Shown piece by piece: positions 9,816 through 18,327 of a stretch of DNA of 50,672 nt. Source of the stretch: a virus (lineage: Duplodnaviria; Caudoviricetes); IMG/VR virus record IMGVR_UViG_3300028364_000048, positions 1 through 50,672 of that record; one strand, 5' to 3'. The notes below the pieces were generated by a model, which worked only from the letters and a program-made list of their open reading frames with translations, had not been told where the DNA came from and ran no database searches. The position numbers were made by a program, and so were the translations under genes. Each line of letters begins with the position of its first letter. Position 1 is the first letter of the stretch.

Positions 9816-11810
9816 ATGTCCAATGGCAGTGGTGGAACCATTACAGTTGGAACATCTGGTGGCCCATACAATGTCAGCAGCAACGCTGGTCACGCCACAG
9901 AAACAATCACGATCCGCTCAGCGACTCCGGAAAACCCAGCACGCTTCCAGAGGATTGCACTGTTTTCAGGTGCGAAAAACTTTACGTTTGAAGAGATCCT
10001 GGTTGACAGCCGAGATGTGTATAATATCCGGCCGAGTAACCAGCGAGACCTGGACTTGAGCAGTTGCTCAAACATCGCTTTTCGATTTTGTGAGTTTGTC
10101 AGTGCTGCTGCAGGAGAGTTGGGTGTTACGGGCAGCGTAGCTGGTGAACAGTTGGCAAGGCCAACGGACGCAACAGACATAGAATTTAGTGATAACGTAA
10201 TCAGAAACTACACTTGGGGATTGCGACCGCTTGATGTCACTGGGCTATTAATTCAGAGAAATAAGTTCAGCAACATTCAAGCTGACTACATTCAAATGGA
10301 GGCTGTGCAAGACGTCATTATTCGCGACAATATTTTTGGTCCGCACCTCGGAGCAATCTTCAATATAAATCACGGAGACGTCATTCAGCTTCTATCCAGC
10401 CCCAACTCTGACACTGTGAGTGGGAACATTCTGATCGAAGGGAACCAGATATTCAGCGGCGGCCCAGCAGCCATGCAAGACGTTCTGCTTCAGAATGAAC
10501 GGGTTGGTATTCTTGGTCGGCATGGTTCAATGACCATCAGAAACAACGTTATACATGACGCCGCTTCTCATGGTCTCCGGGTTGAGCACACGAATGGCCT
10601 GACTATGAATAACAACCTCATACTCACAAACCATACGGCTGGTCTCATTAATGTACCCGATGTGCCTCGCGGAAACCCAACCAATCCGCGACTTCAGACC
10701 AGCAACAACAACCTCAGCGTCGTAGTCTCAAACAACCTCGCGGCAAACTACGAGCTTGGCGTCTGGACGCAGACCGGCGGAGCTCGCATCGAGTATGGGT
10801 CGCGGGGACACCCGGACTATGTTCACAACCACTTCGTCAACGCAGATAGGGGCACAACCGGCATAGACTTGCGGGATGCTCGGTTGCTGGCCAGCAGTTC
10901 GTGGGTCGGCATGGGTCCTGCTTTGATCCAGCCCATAAGCACCACACCGGTGCTGACCCCGGTCATGCGGATTACAGAACTTCCAAGCGTTCAAAAGACC
11001 TTTGACGCTGGTCTTTCCATGGACGCGGCAGGCACTTTGTCTGGTCGAACAGGTGTGGTCTTTACCTGGGACTTTGCTGACGATACACAGATGGTTGGTG
11101 AAGTTGTGACCCGAACTTTCACAGACTTTACTCAGCAGGAAGTCACTCTGACAGTCACCATGCCAGACGCAACCGAGGCAGCAATCACCCGGTCATTTGA
11201 ACTGTCTGATCCTGTTCTGCTGGACATGGCATTTGACACAGACTTCTCTGACGCATCGTCTTACAATGTAGGTGCCCAAGGTAATGCTGGGACTGTCGCA
11301 ACTATGATAGTCTCAGAACCCAACGCTGGCTTTACAAATGTACTGGCGATTGGGGGCACCACAAAGCTGAATTTGTGGTCGCGAGGTAGAGCCCATTTGA
11401 ATGGCCTGACAGACTTCGCTGTTTCCCTAGACTTCAAAGTCGGAGAGACCGGCGGTAGCCTTCCATCAGACGGGACGCTTTTTGGTTATCGCGGTGTCAC
11501 AAATGTCAGAGCATTGCAAAACGGCGCTGTCTCCGCAAGCATAACTACATCTGAAGATCCGACCCAGACGATAACCGGTCCAATTAACCGAATTGTTGCT
11601 GGGCAGTGGCACAACTACGCAGCAGTCTACGACGGCTCAACATATAAACTATACCTCGATGATGTGGAGCAGGTTTCGGTTGACGTAACCGGTTACACTA
11701 TCATCAAACCCACCCATGATATTTTCTTAGGGGAGGTCTTTACAGATGCTACAATCCCAGCAAGAATAGCCAACTTGAAGGTAACAAGATCATCTGTGTG
11801 GACGCCGTAA
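9816..11810 (+). CDS. Right-handed beta-helix (pectin-lyase-like) + PKD + LamG/ConA-like protein; probably a readthrough extension of 6051..9764
   Basis: Asn-rich parallel beta-helix repeats (IIRDNIF, HGDVIQ, IRNNVI); FDAGLS..FTWDFAD PKD; GQWHNYAAVYDGSTYKLYLD LamG; in frame with upstream gene, no clear RBS. Confidence 0.7.
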   Translation: MSNGSGGTITVGTSGGPYNVSSNAGHATETITIRSATPENPARFQRIALFSGAKNFTFEEILVDSRDVYNIRPSNQRDLDLSSCSNIAFRFCEFVSAAAGELGVTGSVAGEQLARPTDATDIEFSDNVIRNYTWGLRPLDVTGLLIQRNKFSNIQADYIQMEAVQDVIIRDNIFGPHLGAIFNINHGDVIQLLSSPNSDTVSGNILIEGNQIFSGGPAAMQDVLLQNERVGILGRHGSMTIRNNVIHDAASHGLRVEHTNGLTMNNNLILTNHTAGLINVPDVPRGNPTNPRLQTSNNNLSVVVSNNLAANYELGVWTQTGGARIEYGSRGHPDYVHNHFVNADRGTTGIDLRDARLLASSSWVGMGPALIQPISTTPVLTPVMRITELPSVQKTFDAGLSMDAAGTLSGRTGVVFTWDFADDTQMVGEVVTRTFTDFTQQEVTLTVTMPDATEAAITRSFELSDPVLLDMAFDTDFSDASSYNVGAQGNAGTVATMIVSEPNAGFTNVLAIGGTTKLNLWSRGRAHLNGLTDFAVSLDFKVGETGGSLPSDGTLFGYRGVTNVRALQNGAVSASITTSEDPTQTITGPINRIVAGQWHNYAAVYDGSTYKLYLDDVEQVSVDVTGYTIIKPTHDIFLGEVFTDATIPARIANLKVTRSSVWTP

Positions 11811-12461
11811 TAGATACCGCAGCCGTCCACACTTGGTTGCAAGAATGACCGCCACCAGCGCAGCCAGCAGCAGCCATGCCGATCCGGGCAGGGGGATCGG
11901 CGGGATCGGCAGCGGCTTAGTGGCTGGCACGGTGTAGCCCGGCCGCGCTGCCCTGAAGAACGAATGCGCATTGACTGCGGCGGTGCGGCCCGGCCGCGCG
12001 ATGTATGCGGGCGAGACGGTGTTCACTGCAGCGGCTATGGTGGTCCGTGGCTGGCCGACGGCCACCTGCCAGTTGCCGCATCCGTGCACCAAGACCAGCC
12101 GCCATACCCTCCCTGTGTCGTCTCTGGCGCTCCAGCCGTGGCCCGGCTCCGGCGCTGGTAGGTCTGCGATGATCGGGCGGATCTCAGCAACCGGCCCGCT
12201 CGGGCCGCCAAAAGAGTTCATCACCAGCGACTGCCCATCCACGATCTGCATCGGTTCCCCGTCGCGGTTCGCTGCGATCTGCGTGGCGATCTGGTCGTGC
12301 ACCTCGGGCGGCATCACGTCGCGCGCCTGAGCCATGGCCCACGGCAGCGGGCAGCCGCCCCACAGGTTGCACGCGTGCGGGCCGGGGCCGGCCCATGTGC
12401 TAACAAGGGCTGCGTTGGCGGGCAGGGCCAGGATTGCGACTGCAAGTGCAATGCGGATCAT
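11790..12461 (-). CDS. Exported protein with VPLPA-CTERM/PEP-CTERM-like sorting signal
   Basis: Signal peptide MIRIALAVAILALPANA; C-terminal IPLPGSAWLLLAALVAVIL followed by basic tail. Confidence 0.7.
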   Translation of the reverse strand: MIRIALAVAILALPANAALVSTWAGPGPHACNLWGGCPLPWAMAQARDVMPPEVHDQIATQIAANRDGEPMQIVDGQSLVMNSFGGPSGPVAEIRPIIADLPAPEPGHGWSARDDTGRVWRLVLVHGCGNWQVAVGQPRTTIAAAVNTVSPAYIARPGRTAAVNAHSFFRAARPGYTVPATKPLPIPPIPLPGSAWLLLAALVAVILATKCGRLRYLLRRPHR

Positions 12462-12814
12462 GTGTCATTTTCCTCGTGATATGCGTCAACCAGGATCGAA
12501 GCGATGGTGTGAATCAACAGCGCATCCTCGGGGGTTTCATCGAGCAACCATTTCAAAACCTCGGGGTCCAGCAACAAAATAAGCTTATACATGCCGCCAA
12601 ACCTCGTGCCATACTTTGCTTTAATCCGGCTCAATCGGTTGACGTCAGTGTCGGACGGTTCAAACTCCGGCAGCTTGCCAGACCTTCGCAACCGGACCTT
12701 TATTCCGGTTACACGGTTGTTTTCGATGCCCAGCGCCGTCGCTATTTCTGACGTTGTTTTTCCATCAAGCGCCATGTTGAGCACCGCTTCGCGATGGGGT
12801 GACGGCGCGGTCAT
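12458..12814 (-). CDS. Helix-turn-helix DNA-binding protein
   Basis: GKTTSEIATALGIENNRVTGIKVRLRRSG HTH pattern. Confidence 0.65.
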   Translation of the reverse strand: MTAPSPHREAVLNMALDGKTTSEIATALGIENNRVTGIKVRLRRSGKLPEFEPSDTDVNRLSRIKAKYGTRFGGMYKLILLLDPEVLKWLLDETPEDALLIHTIASILVDAYHEENDT

Positions 12815-12966
12815 GGCTTCGTCGTCAGGTGGTAGTAGGTATTCCAGAATGCCACGTGGCGAAGATCTGTCGGCCCAAAGCGCACCGGCTCAGGCGATAC
12901 CGCACCAGCGGGGACGAGATCGCCCGTCTCGGGGTCAATGGCCCATCTGCGCAAAATTCCGGTCAT
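12811..12966 (-). CDS. Hypothetical protein
   Basis: ATGA-coupled chain of small genes; GGAGG RBS. Confidence 0.5.
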   Translation of the reverse strand: MTGILRRWAIDPETGDLVPAGAVSPEPVRFGPTDLRHVAFWNTYYHLTTKP

Positions 12967-13193
12967 GGCTGTTTCGCCTCCTTGAGCAATGCCGTTCCCC
13001 TGTCTTTCCACAATGATGCGAATTCAGGATACGGCGCGGTTTCCATTAACTCGGTGCACGCTTTGCACCTATCATCCGCAGATTGGCGTGGGCTGTTCAC
13101 TATTCGGGCAAGATCTGCACGTTTCGCTTTGGATTCCTCGGTGATCGGGAACAGTGGCGCGCCTGGGTGCGCAGGGAATAGAATGACAGTCAT
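12963..13193 (-). CDS. Hypothetical protein
   Basis: MTVILFPAHP start with GGAGG RBS; coupled to neighbours. Confidence 0.5.
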   Translation of the reverse strand: MTVILFPAHPGAPLFPITEESKAKRADLARIVNSPRQSADDRCKACTELMETAPYPEFASLWKDRGTALLKEAKQP

Positions 13194-13195
13194 TT

Positions 13196-13426
13196 TCAGT
13201 CCTCCGTAAATTCGAGTTCTTCCGCCATTTCCAGCAGGTAGAATGTGAGTTTCGGGCGCAAGAATGTCAGGGACGTGACGGCGATGCCAAACATTTCCAG
13301 CTTTTCGATCTCGATATTCACCGGCGCGTTGTATGCTGGCGACCCGTCTGCGCCGACGCCCTGACATTCCGCATCGGCTGTGAAGCTGACGAAAATGTCG
13401 CCGTTGTGATATGTGGCGCGCATCAT
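13196..13426 (-). CDS. Hypothetical protein
   Basis: ATGA overlap with upstream gene; GGAG RBS. Confidence 0.5.
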   Translation of the reverse strand: MMRATYHNGDIFVSFTADAECQGVGADGSPAYNAPVNIEIEKLEMFGIAVTSLTFLRPKLTFYLLEMAEELEFTED

Positions 13427-14091
13427 GTTTGCACTCCCGTCCACAGAGTCTGCATAAGCGTGCCGCGCAGGCGCGCAGACGCTACAAAATCCACCCGGAT
13501 CGGATCACCTGCACACTGCCCTCCGGTCAACCGGATCGGGCGGCCCTTTTCGATCACGTCTGCGGCCTTGACCAGCTTGGCCAGCACGGTCGGATCGTAG
13601 CACAAGCTGGCAGCGCCCCCGCCGCCTTTGGCCACCACGCGCCGCCAGTCGGGATAGGTGCCGTCGATCACGGTAAATTCCAGAACACCGACACGGCGCA
13701 TTTCACCGTCAGTACCGTCATTGATTACAAATTGCAGGATCCCGGTCGTCGTGTCGCCGTAGACCCACAGGTTCCCCTTGACCTTGAACGCCTTGTCGGT
13801 TGCGTCACATGACAGGATGAACCCGGCGCGTTGAGGCCTGCACACAGTTCCGGGATGCCATGGCCCGTCCATGCCTTGCGTGAAACATTCCGTGCCGACG
13901 TGGCATCCGTCTGGCAATTCAATCGTCATCACCTGGTGGCCGTCCAGCGCTACCAGCTTGTCAGCCTCGATCAGCACGCCACACAAATAATAGCGGGTCT
14001 GTTCGGTGCTGATGCACTGGAACGCAGCTCTCAGATCACTGGCAGGCAGGAAAAACGTGGTCGGTGTCGGGGTCGGTGTAATGGTTTTCAT
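13423..14091 (-). CDS. DNA polymerase III beta-clamp-like protein (partial DnaN fold)
   Basis: STEQTRYYLCGV...LVALDGHQ and IDGTYPDWRRVV match DnaN central-domain motifs. Confidence 0.8.
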   Translation of the reverse strand: MKTITPTPTPTTFFLPASDLRAAFQCISTEQTRYYLCGVLIEADKLVALDGHQVMTIELPDGCHVGTECFTQGMDGPWHPGTVCRPQRAGFILSCDATDKAFKVKGNLWVYGDTTTGILQFVINDGTDGEMRRVGVLEFTVIDGTYPDWRRVVAKGGGGAASLCYDPTVLAKLVKAADVIEKGRPIRLTGGQCAGDPIRVDFVASARLRGTLMQTLWTGVQT

Positions 14092-14342
14092 TTGGTTTTC
14101 TCCGGTTGGGTAAAGGTGAATGTCAAGTCATTTTCTGGTGACATTACCAAGAATGTTTGGCCGGGTTTAACGTAAGATTTACCACGGACTTCGGTTTCCA
14201 GCATTTCTCTGTTCATGCCATCCACCCCGTTGAACCAATCAACATTTTGAAACGTTACGGGCTTGCCCGCGCCGAATGCAAACCCATCGGCCAATTTGGC
14301 AGGTAATCGGTATACATAAACCATTGTATCATTTATCTGCAT
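14088..14342 (-). CDS. Hypothetical protein
   Basis: GGAG RBS, ATGA overlap with the clamp-like gene. Confidence 0.55.
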   Translation of the reverse strand: MQINDTMVYVYRLPAKLADGFAFGAGKPVTFQNVDWFNGVDGMNREMLETEVRGKSYVKPGQTFLVMSPENDLTFTFTQPEKTK

Positions 14343-14380
14343 GGTGGTGTCTCCAGTTGCGTTGGTATTGGGCAGGACTG

Positions 14381-14632
14381 TTAAGGCGCCACAGAGTTGG
14401 CGGCAAAAAACGCGCGGGTATCGTCGGGTGTCATCCCCTTGGCCTGCTTAATCCAGTCGCGTGCTGTGGCCAGCGCCGCTTGCCTGCTTCGTGTCCGACC
14501 CCTGAAAAAGTAACTTGCTGGAAGCAGCCCGTAGCGTGGATGAGGAACCGCTGCGTAGACGCGGATCTCGGGGCGGTAGACACCCTGAAGGCTGGATGCG
14601 GCGCAGGCGGTGATCTGGTTGGGTATGGGCAT
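14381..14632 (-). CDS. Small early protein (cassette gene)
   Basis: AAGGAG RBS downstream of promoter copy 14659-14701. Confidence 0.55.
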   Translation of the reverse strand: MPIPNQITACAASSLQGVYRPEIRVYAAVPHPRYGLLPASYFFRGRTRSRQAALATARDWIKQAKGMTPDDTRAFFAANSVAP

Positions 14633-14658
14633 GTCTGTGTCTCCTTGGTGTATGTTTT

Positions 14659-14701
14659 GTATTCCTAAGACTAGAGTAGCGCATCTATAAAATGTTGTAA
14701 A
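14659..14701 (-). promoter_or_regulatory. Repeated early promoter element, copy 1
   Basis: TTTACA-N17-TACTCT-AGTCTTAGGAATAC. Confidence 0.8.
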
Positions 14702-14911
14702 CAATTATTTTGAGCCGTTGACTGGCCTTTTAACGTCATGCCAAGGACGTCTAACTCTAATCCGTATCAACTATCTAGATTGCCCATACGCGGCCCATCG
14801 CCTCGCGGTTCGGTTGATGGATTGAATTGCCCTTTTTGCGCGCGATACGGAACGCTTGGGAATTCTTCAATGCGCGGTGGCGCTCTTATAATGATGCCGA
14901 GGAACATGTCG

Positions 14912-15157
14912 TCAGTCTTCCATCTGTTCGGAATAAACAATGAAGCGTTGCTCTACGGCAGGTATGATCCCATCGCTGAACACCAGTAAAGCTTTTTTCG
15001 GGTCACGTTCCATCACCATAAGGAGGACTAAGGCAATCATGTGGTCCAACGTTCTGAGAATTTCGACCAGCTCCCGTTCATTGGTTATATCGCGACCGTC
15101 AATGACATCCGTGGCTGCCAATCTGGCGCGGCGAGCATTCCTTTGTACTTCAATCAT
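14912..15157 (-). CDS. Hypothetical protein
   Basis: ACCAGATAGGAG RBS element upstream. Confidence 0.55.
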   Translation of the reverse strand: MIEVQRNARRARLAATDVIDGRDITNERELVEILRTLDHMIALVLLMVMERDPKKALLVFSDGIIPAVEQRFIVYSEQMED

Positions 15158-15162
15158 TGTCG

Positions 15163-15327
15163 TCAGTCTCCTATCTGGTCGGTGGTTCCGTTTAAATCTT
15201 TAGTGAACAGATCAATCTGTTCGGACAAACTTAAAGCTGTTTTTGGATCTGCCTTGTGCATCTCTGCGAGGTGCTTGAGATAATCCCGCTCACTAGCGTG
15301 GCCATACATTCTGTAAACTGGGATCAT
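15163..15327 (-). CDS. Small hypothetical protein (54 aa)
   Basis: Translated by hand: MIPVYRMYGHASERDYLKHLAE...; ATGA overlap with upstream gene. Confidence 0.45.
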   Translation of the reverse strand: MIPVYRMYGHASERDYLKHLAEMHKADPKTALSLSEQIDLFTKDLNGTTDQIGD

Positions 15328-15491
15328 GGCTTCAAAACCGCCACAGCGTTTCCATTCAAATCCCGTGATACAATGGTGCGATAAGAATGCGTGCCGGAAA
15401 GCGTTTCGAATGTCATTTCTCTCAAAGTATCGCCGTTTTCAGTTATGATCTTTTTGACGGCTTCTGCCAGTTCGTCGGGTGTGAGTTTCAT
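15324..15491 (-). CDS. Small protein, paralog A (55 aa)
   Basis: MKLTPDELAEAVKKIITENGDTLREMTFETLSGTHSYRTIVSRDL...; GGAG RBS; similar to 15545..15721. Confidence 0.6.
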   Translation of the reverse strand: MKLTPDELAEAVKKIITENGDTLREMTFETLSGTHSYRTIVSRDLNGNAVAVLKP

Positions 15492-15544
15492 GGTGTTGTC
15501 TCCTATCTGGTCGGCTTGAATTTCGGGAAGTTTTCATGGTGGCA

Positions 15545-15721
15545 TCAGTCATCGTCTTGCGTGCAAATCCAACGGCTGAGACCCCGCGAAAAAATAGCGC
15601 GATATGAGTGCGTTCTGGAAGGCGTTTTGAATGTCAGCCTTGTCAAAGTGTAATCGTTGTCAACCGCTAGATTGTCGACGTAGGTCGCCATTTCGTCGGG
15701 TGTGAGTTTCGCGGGGCCCAT
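15545..15721 (-). CDS. Small protein, paralog B (58 aa)
   Basis: MGPAKLTPDEMATYVDNLAVDNDYTLTRLTFKTPSRTHSYRAIFSRGL...; AGGA RBS. Confidence 0.6.
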   Translation of the reverse strand: MGPAKLTPDEMATYVDNLAVDNDYTLTRLTFKTPSRTHSYRAIFSRGLSRWICTQDDD

Positions 15722-15799
15722 ATCAGTATCCTATCTGGTAAATGTGTGTCGGCATAGCGGTTGCTCCAGGGAAGGCAATAATTTTCATAGCCGCTTCTC

Positions 15800-15973
15800 C
15801 TATCGCGTCGGTGGAAATATAGAGCCCATCAAGCGGCCCGTGATCTTTCCTGAGATACGGCGGCCAATGCGCTTCGGGATGGCCTTGCCGGGTTTCTTGT
15901 GCGTTGCAGCCTGCACGTCTCCGGCGATGCGCGCCAAGGCGTAGAGCTTGCTGCGAAACTTGTTGATGGTCAT
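15800..15973 (-). CDS. Small basic protein (57 aa)
   Basis: MTINKFRSKLYALARIAGDVQAA...KRIGRRISGKITGR; AAGGA RBS, ATGA overlap. Confidence 0.55.
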   Translation of the reverse strand: MTINKFRSKLYALARIAGDVQAATHKKPGKAIPKRIGRRISGKITGRLMGSIFPPTR

Positions 15974-16167
15974 GGCGTTTCCTTTCTTTCGGGGAGCAAA
16001 TCTGAACGGGTCAACAGGGCAATGCCGTCGTCATCGACTTTTCCATACCAGATACGTCCATCGTCATCCTTTATTCGAAGGGCGTGCCCCGCTTCGGCTT
16101 TACCGATGCTCACAGTCATTGTGTCATGTGCCGTGTTGTCGGGCGATAGGTGAACAATGCGAATCAT
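15970..16167 (-). CDS. Hypothetical protein
   Basis: Translationally coupled on both sides. Confidence 0.5.
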   Translation of the reverse strand: MIRIVHLSPDNTAHDTMTVSIGKAEAGHALRIKDDDGRIWYGKVDDDGIALLTRSDLLPERKETP

Positions 16168-16610
16168 GGCTTCACCTGTAGTGCGGTGTGAGCCTGATCA
16201 AGTGCACCAAAAAGGTCTGAACCACCGGCAATTTCATCCCATTTAGACGTTCCTGCAAGACCAACTCGAAGAGCAATGTCTGGCATAACAGCAAGAACAA
16301 ATGCTGCACGTTCCAACGCACACCGCAGCCTCTCAATCTTTGCGTCCTGTTTGGCACTGCTTGCACTCCATTCATGTGCAAAATTCGACAAAACGTCTGA
16401 AACCCTGGCGTACTCCAAACGGGCTTCATTTCGTTGCCTCATCAGACGCGAAATCTTAGCCGCCTGTTCGATGGCAATGCGGTGAAGTTCAGGTGCAGCG
16501 GCTATCCAATCGGCGGCGTCACAAGCATCAGCTCGAGCCTTGTCACGGTTTTTTGTGTCCATGGTGTTGAAGCGCAGCCTCGCCAGCAGGTCTTGCGTTG
16601 TATCAGTCAT
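16164..16610 (-). CDS. Hypothetical coiled-coil protein
   Basis: GGGAGG RBS; helical heptad pattern. Confidence 0.55.
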   Translation of the reverse strand: MTDTTQDLLARLRFNTMDTKNRDKARADACDAADWIAAAPELHRIAIEQAAKISRLMRQRNEARLEYARVSDVLSNFAHEWSASSAKQDAKIERLRCALERAAFVLAVMPDIALRVGLAGTSKWDEIAGGSDLFGALDQAHTALQVKP

Positions 16611-16640
16611 GGTGTCAGCCTCCCGGTTGCGTTGTTAAGA

Positions 16641-16814
16641 TCACCGCTGTACTGCCAAAGCAGCTTTTACATCAACTGTGGACCTACGCTTTTCCAGTGC
16701 AGTCAACATGTCTTCCTCCTCAATCGTGAGCCGGGTGTGCCACATTTTCTTTTGAAGGCCTCCAAAGTTGCTTTCATCAATTAAGTCCCATGCGATTTTC
16801 TCTTGAGTTGTCAT
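16641..16814 (-). CDS. Small hypothetical protein (57 aa)
   Basis: MTTQEKIAWDLIDESNF..., GGAG RBS. Confidence 0.45.
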   Translation of the reverse strand: MTTQEKIAWDLIDESNFGGLQKKMWHTRLTIEEEDMLTALEKRRSTVDVKAALAVQR

Positions 16815-16840
16815 GTCGTTCTCTCCGGTTGGTTGGGTTT

Positions 16841-16860
16841 TCCCCGGCGCGTGGCCGGGG
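16841..16860 (-). terminator. Hairpin, probable terminator
   Basis: CCCCGGC-GCGTG-GCCGGGG just downstream of the 16868 stop. Confidence 0.45.
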
Positions 16861-16867
16861 CTTTAGG

Positions 16868-17029
16868 TCAGGCGTTATAGCTTGATCGGCAATCAACCTT
16901 GCCTGTGCTCAGCCACTCGCGCGCGTCGCTCTCACTGTTGGCGTGGTCGCCAAATTCCTCAGTGCGTGCGCGGCCCTCGTATCCGACCCAGTTACCGTAG
17001 ACGTTCTGCTTGATGCGGCGCTTTTCCAT
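16868..17029 (-). CDS. Small early protein (cassette gene)
   Basis: MEKRRIKQNVYGNWVGY..., downstream of promoter copy 17055-17097. Confidence 0.6.
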   Translation of the reverse strand: MEKRRIKQNVYGNWVGYEGRARTEEFGDHANSESDAREWLSTGKVDCRSSYNA

Positions 17030-17054
17030 TTTGTATTTCCCGTTGTTAGTGTTT

Positions 17055-17097
17055 GTATTCCTAAGACTAGAATAGCGTGAGTTTGGCACCTTGTAAA
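17055..17097 (-). promoter_or_regulatory. Repeated early promoter element, copy 2
   Basis: TTTACA-N17-TATTCT-AGTCTTAGGAATAC. Confidence 0.8.
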
Positions 17098-17208
17098 CAG
17101 TTTTGTTGGTCTTTTTAAAAAAAACTTCAAACACTCGTAGACTGGGGCAATACTCTGGGCACAACCGACAGGGTCTATTGGTGGTTAACGGTGTGTTTTG
17201 TCGGTCAT

Positions 17209-18327
17209 CTATAGCATGAAGAACTTTTTAGCAACTGGGAACCGTGGGACGCCGCTTGGGAATTTACCGTTAAAGAACACCGTTGCTTTCCCACCCACGT
17301 ACATGCTTTCTTTGCTTAGCAAAGCTGACATTTGTCCCATACTTCCGGCGCACCCTGAGCTAAATGTCTTTCCTTGACTTGTAACACAGTTGACGGACTT
17401 AGCACAGCCGGACCACTGGCCTTTTCCTTCAACAAAGCCCACAATAACAAATTCCTCGTCGTCTTGTTCTTTCACTTTAATAAGTTGCCTAGGTCTTTTC
17501 TGCTGCTCGTATTCCTTGTCAGAGACGCGGACCATAGTTCCCTCATAACCTTCTATAAGGAATTTAGAATGGTTTTCGTAAATAGAGTCAAATGACCCGA
17601 CTCTTATAGTTTTTACAATCTTGATGTGGGGTATCCCATCAAGCATCCTACGAATTTCTTTATAACGGTGTAGAAAATTCCCTTTAAGAAGGCAGTCATA
17701 TACGTGAAGTTCTATGACATCTTCGCAATGGAGTGTATCTAAAAAGTCAACGTTTTTCTTTGTGAGCAAGCTCTGTATTTTAGTGAAATCTTCTCTTAGT
17801 TCAAAGTTAAACAGCTCACCGTCTATGACAAGTTCTGGATACTTATTAAAGACAGTCTTCAAGGCTTCTTCAATATGAGGGCACGTCTCAGTTTTGCGAA
17901 GTTCTCTTGACCAAAGACCCCTAGCGTCGGCTAAGCATCTAAACCCGTCAAGCTTTGGTTGAACGTAGCAGTTGCCATTTTTTATCGCACGCTTTACGTA
18001 GCTGACGTCTTTATCCATGTTGGCTTTTGCTAGCATAGCTCGGGGTATCTTGTCTTGCTCAAGCAGTTCATGTATAGATCTACGATACCCACTTGCCAGC
18101 TTATCACGCTCCATTGATTTTGCTTTATCTTCGGCAACTTGACTTGGAGACCTTTGGTTGGACCTACCAACGTTTAAAGCCTTGTAGGATGTTGGTGACG
18201 ACGCCTTAGGAGGCATATTCTCATCACCAGTAAAAGTCACAACCCTGTTATCAAAAGATTGCACATACCAGTATTTCACTTTTCCAGAAGGTGTTCTATA
18301 AAAAAGAAACCCTGATTTATATGTCAT
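17209..18327 (-). CDS. ATP-dependent DNA ligase
   Basis: QPKLDGFRC (KxDG), IDGELF, YEGTMVR, LIKVK and PRFP motifs. Confidence 0.92.
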   Translation of the reverse strand: MTYKSGFLFYRTPSGKVKYWYVQSFDNRVVTFTGDENMPPKASSPTSYKALNVGRSNQRSPSQVAEDKAKSMERDKLASGYRRSIHELLEQDKIPRAMLAKANMDKDVSYVKRAIKNGNCYVQPKLDGFRCLADARGLWSRELRKTETCPHIEEALKTVFNKYPELVIDGELFNFELREDFTKIQSLLTKKNVDFLDTLHCEDVIELHVYDCLLKGNFLHRYKEIRRMLDGIPHIKIVKTIRVGSFDSIYENHSKFLIEGYEGTMVRVSDKEYEQQKRPRQLIKVKEQDDEEFVIVGFVEGKGQWSGCAKSVNCVTSQGKTFSSGCAGSMGQMSALLSKESMYVGGKATVFFNGKFPSGVPRFPVAKKFFML

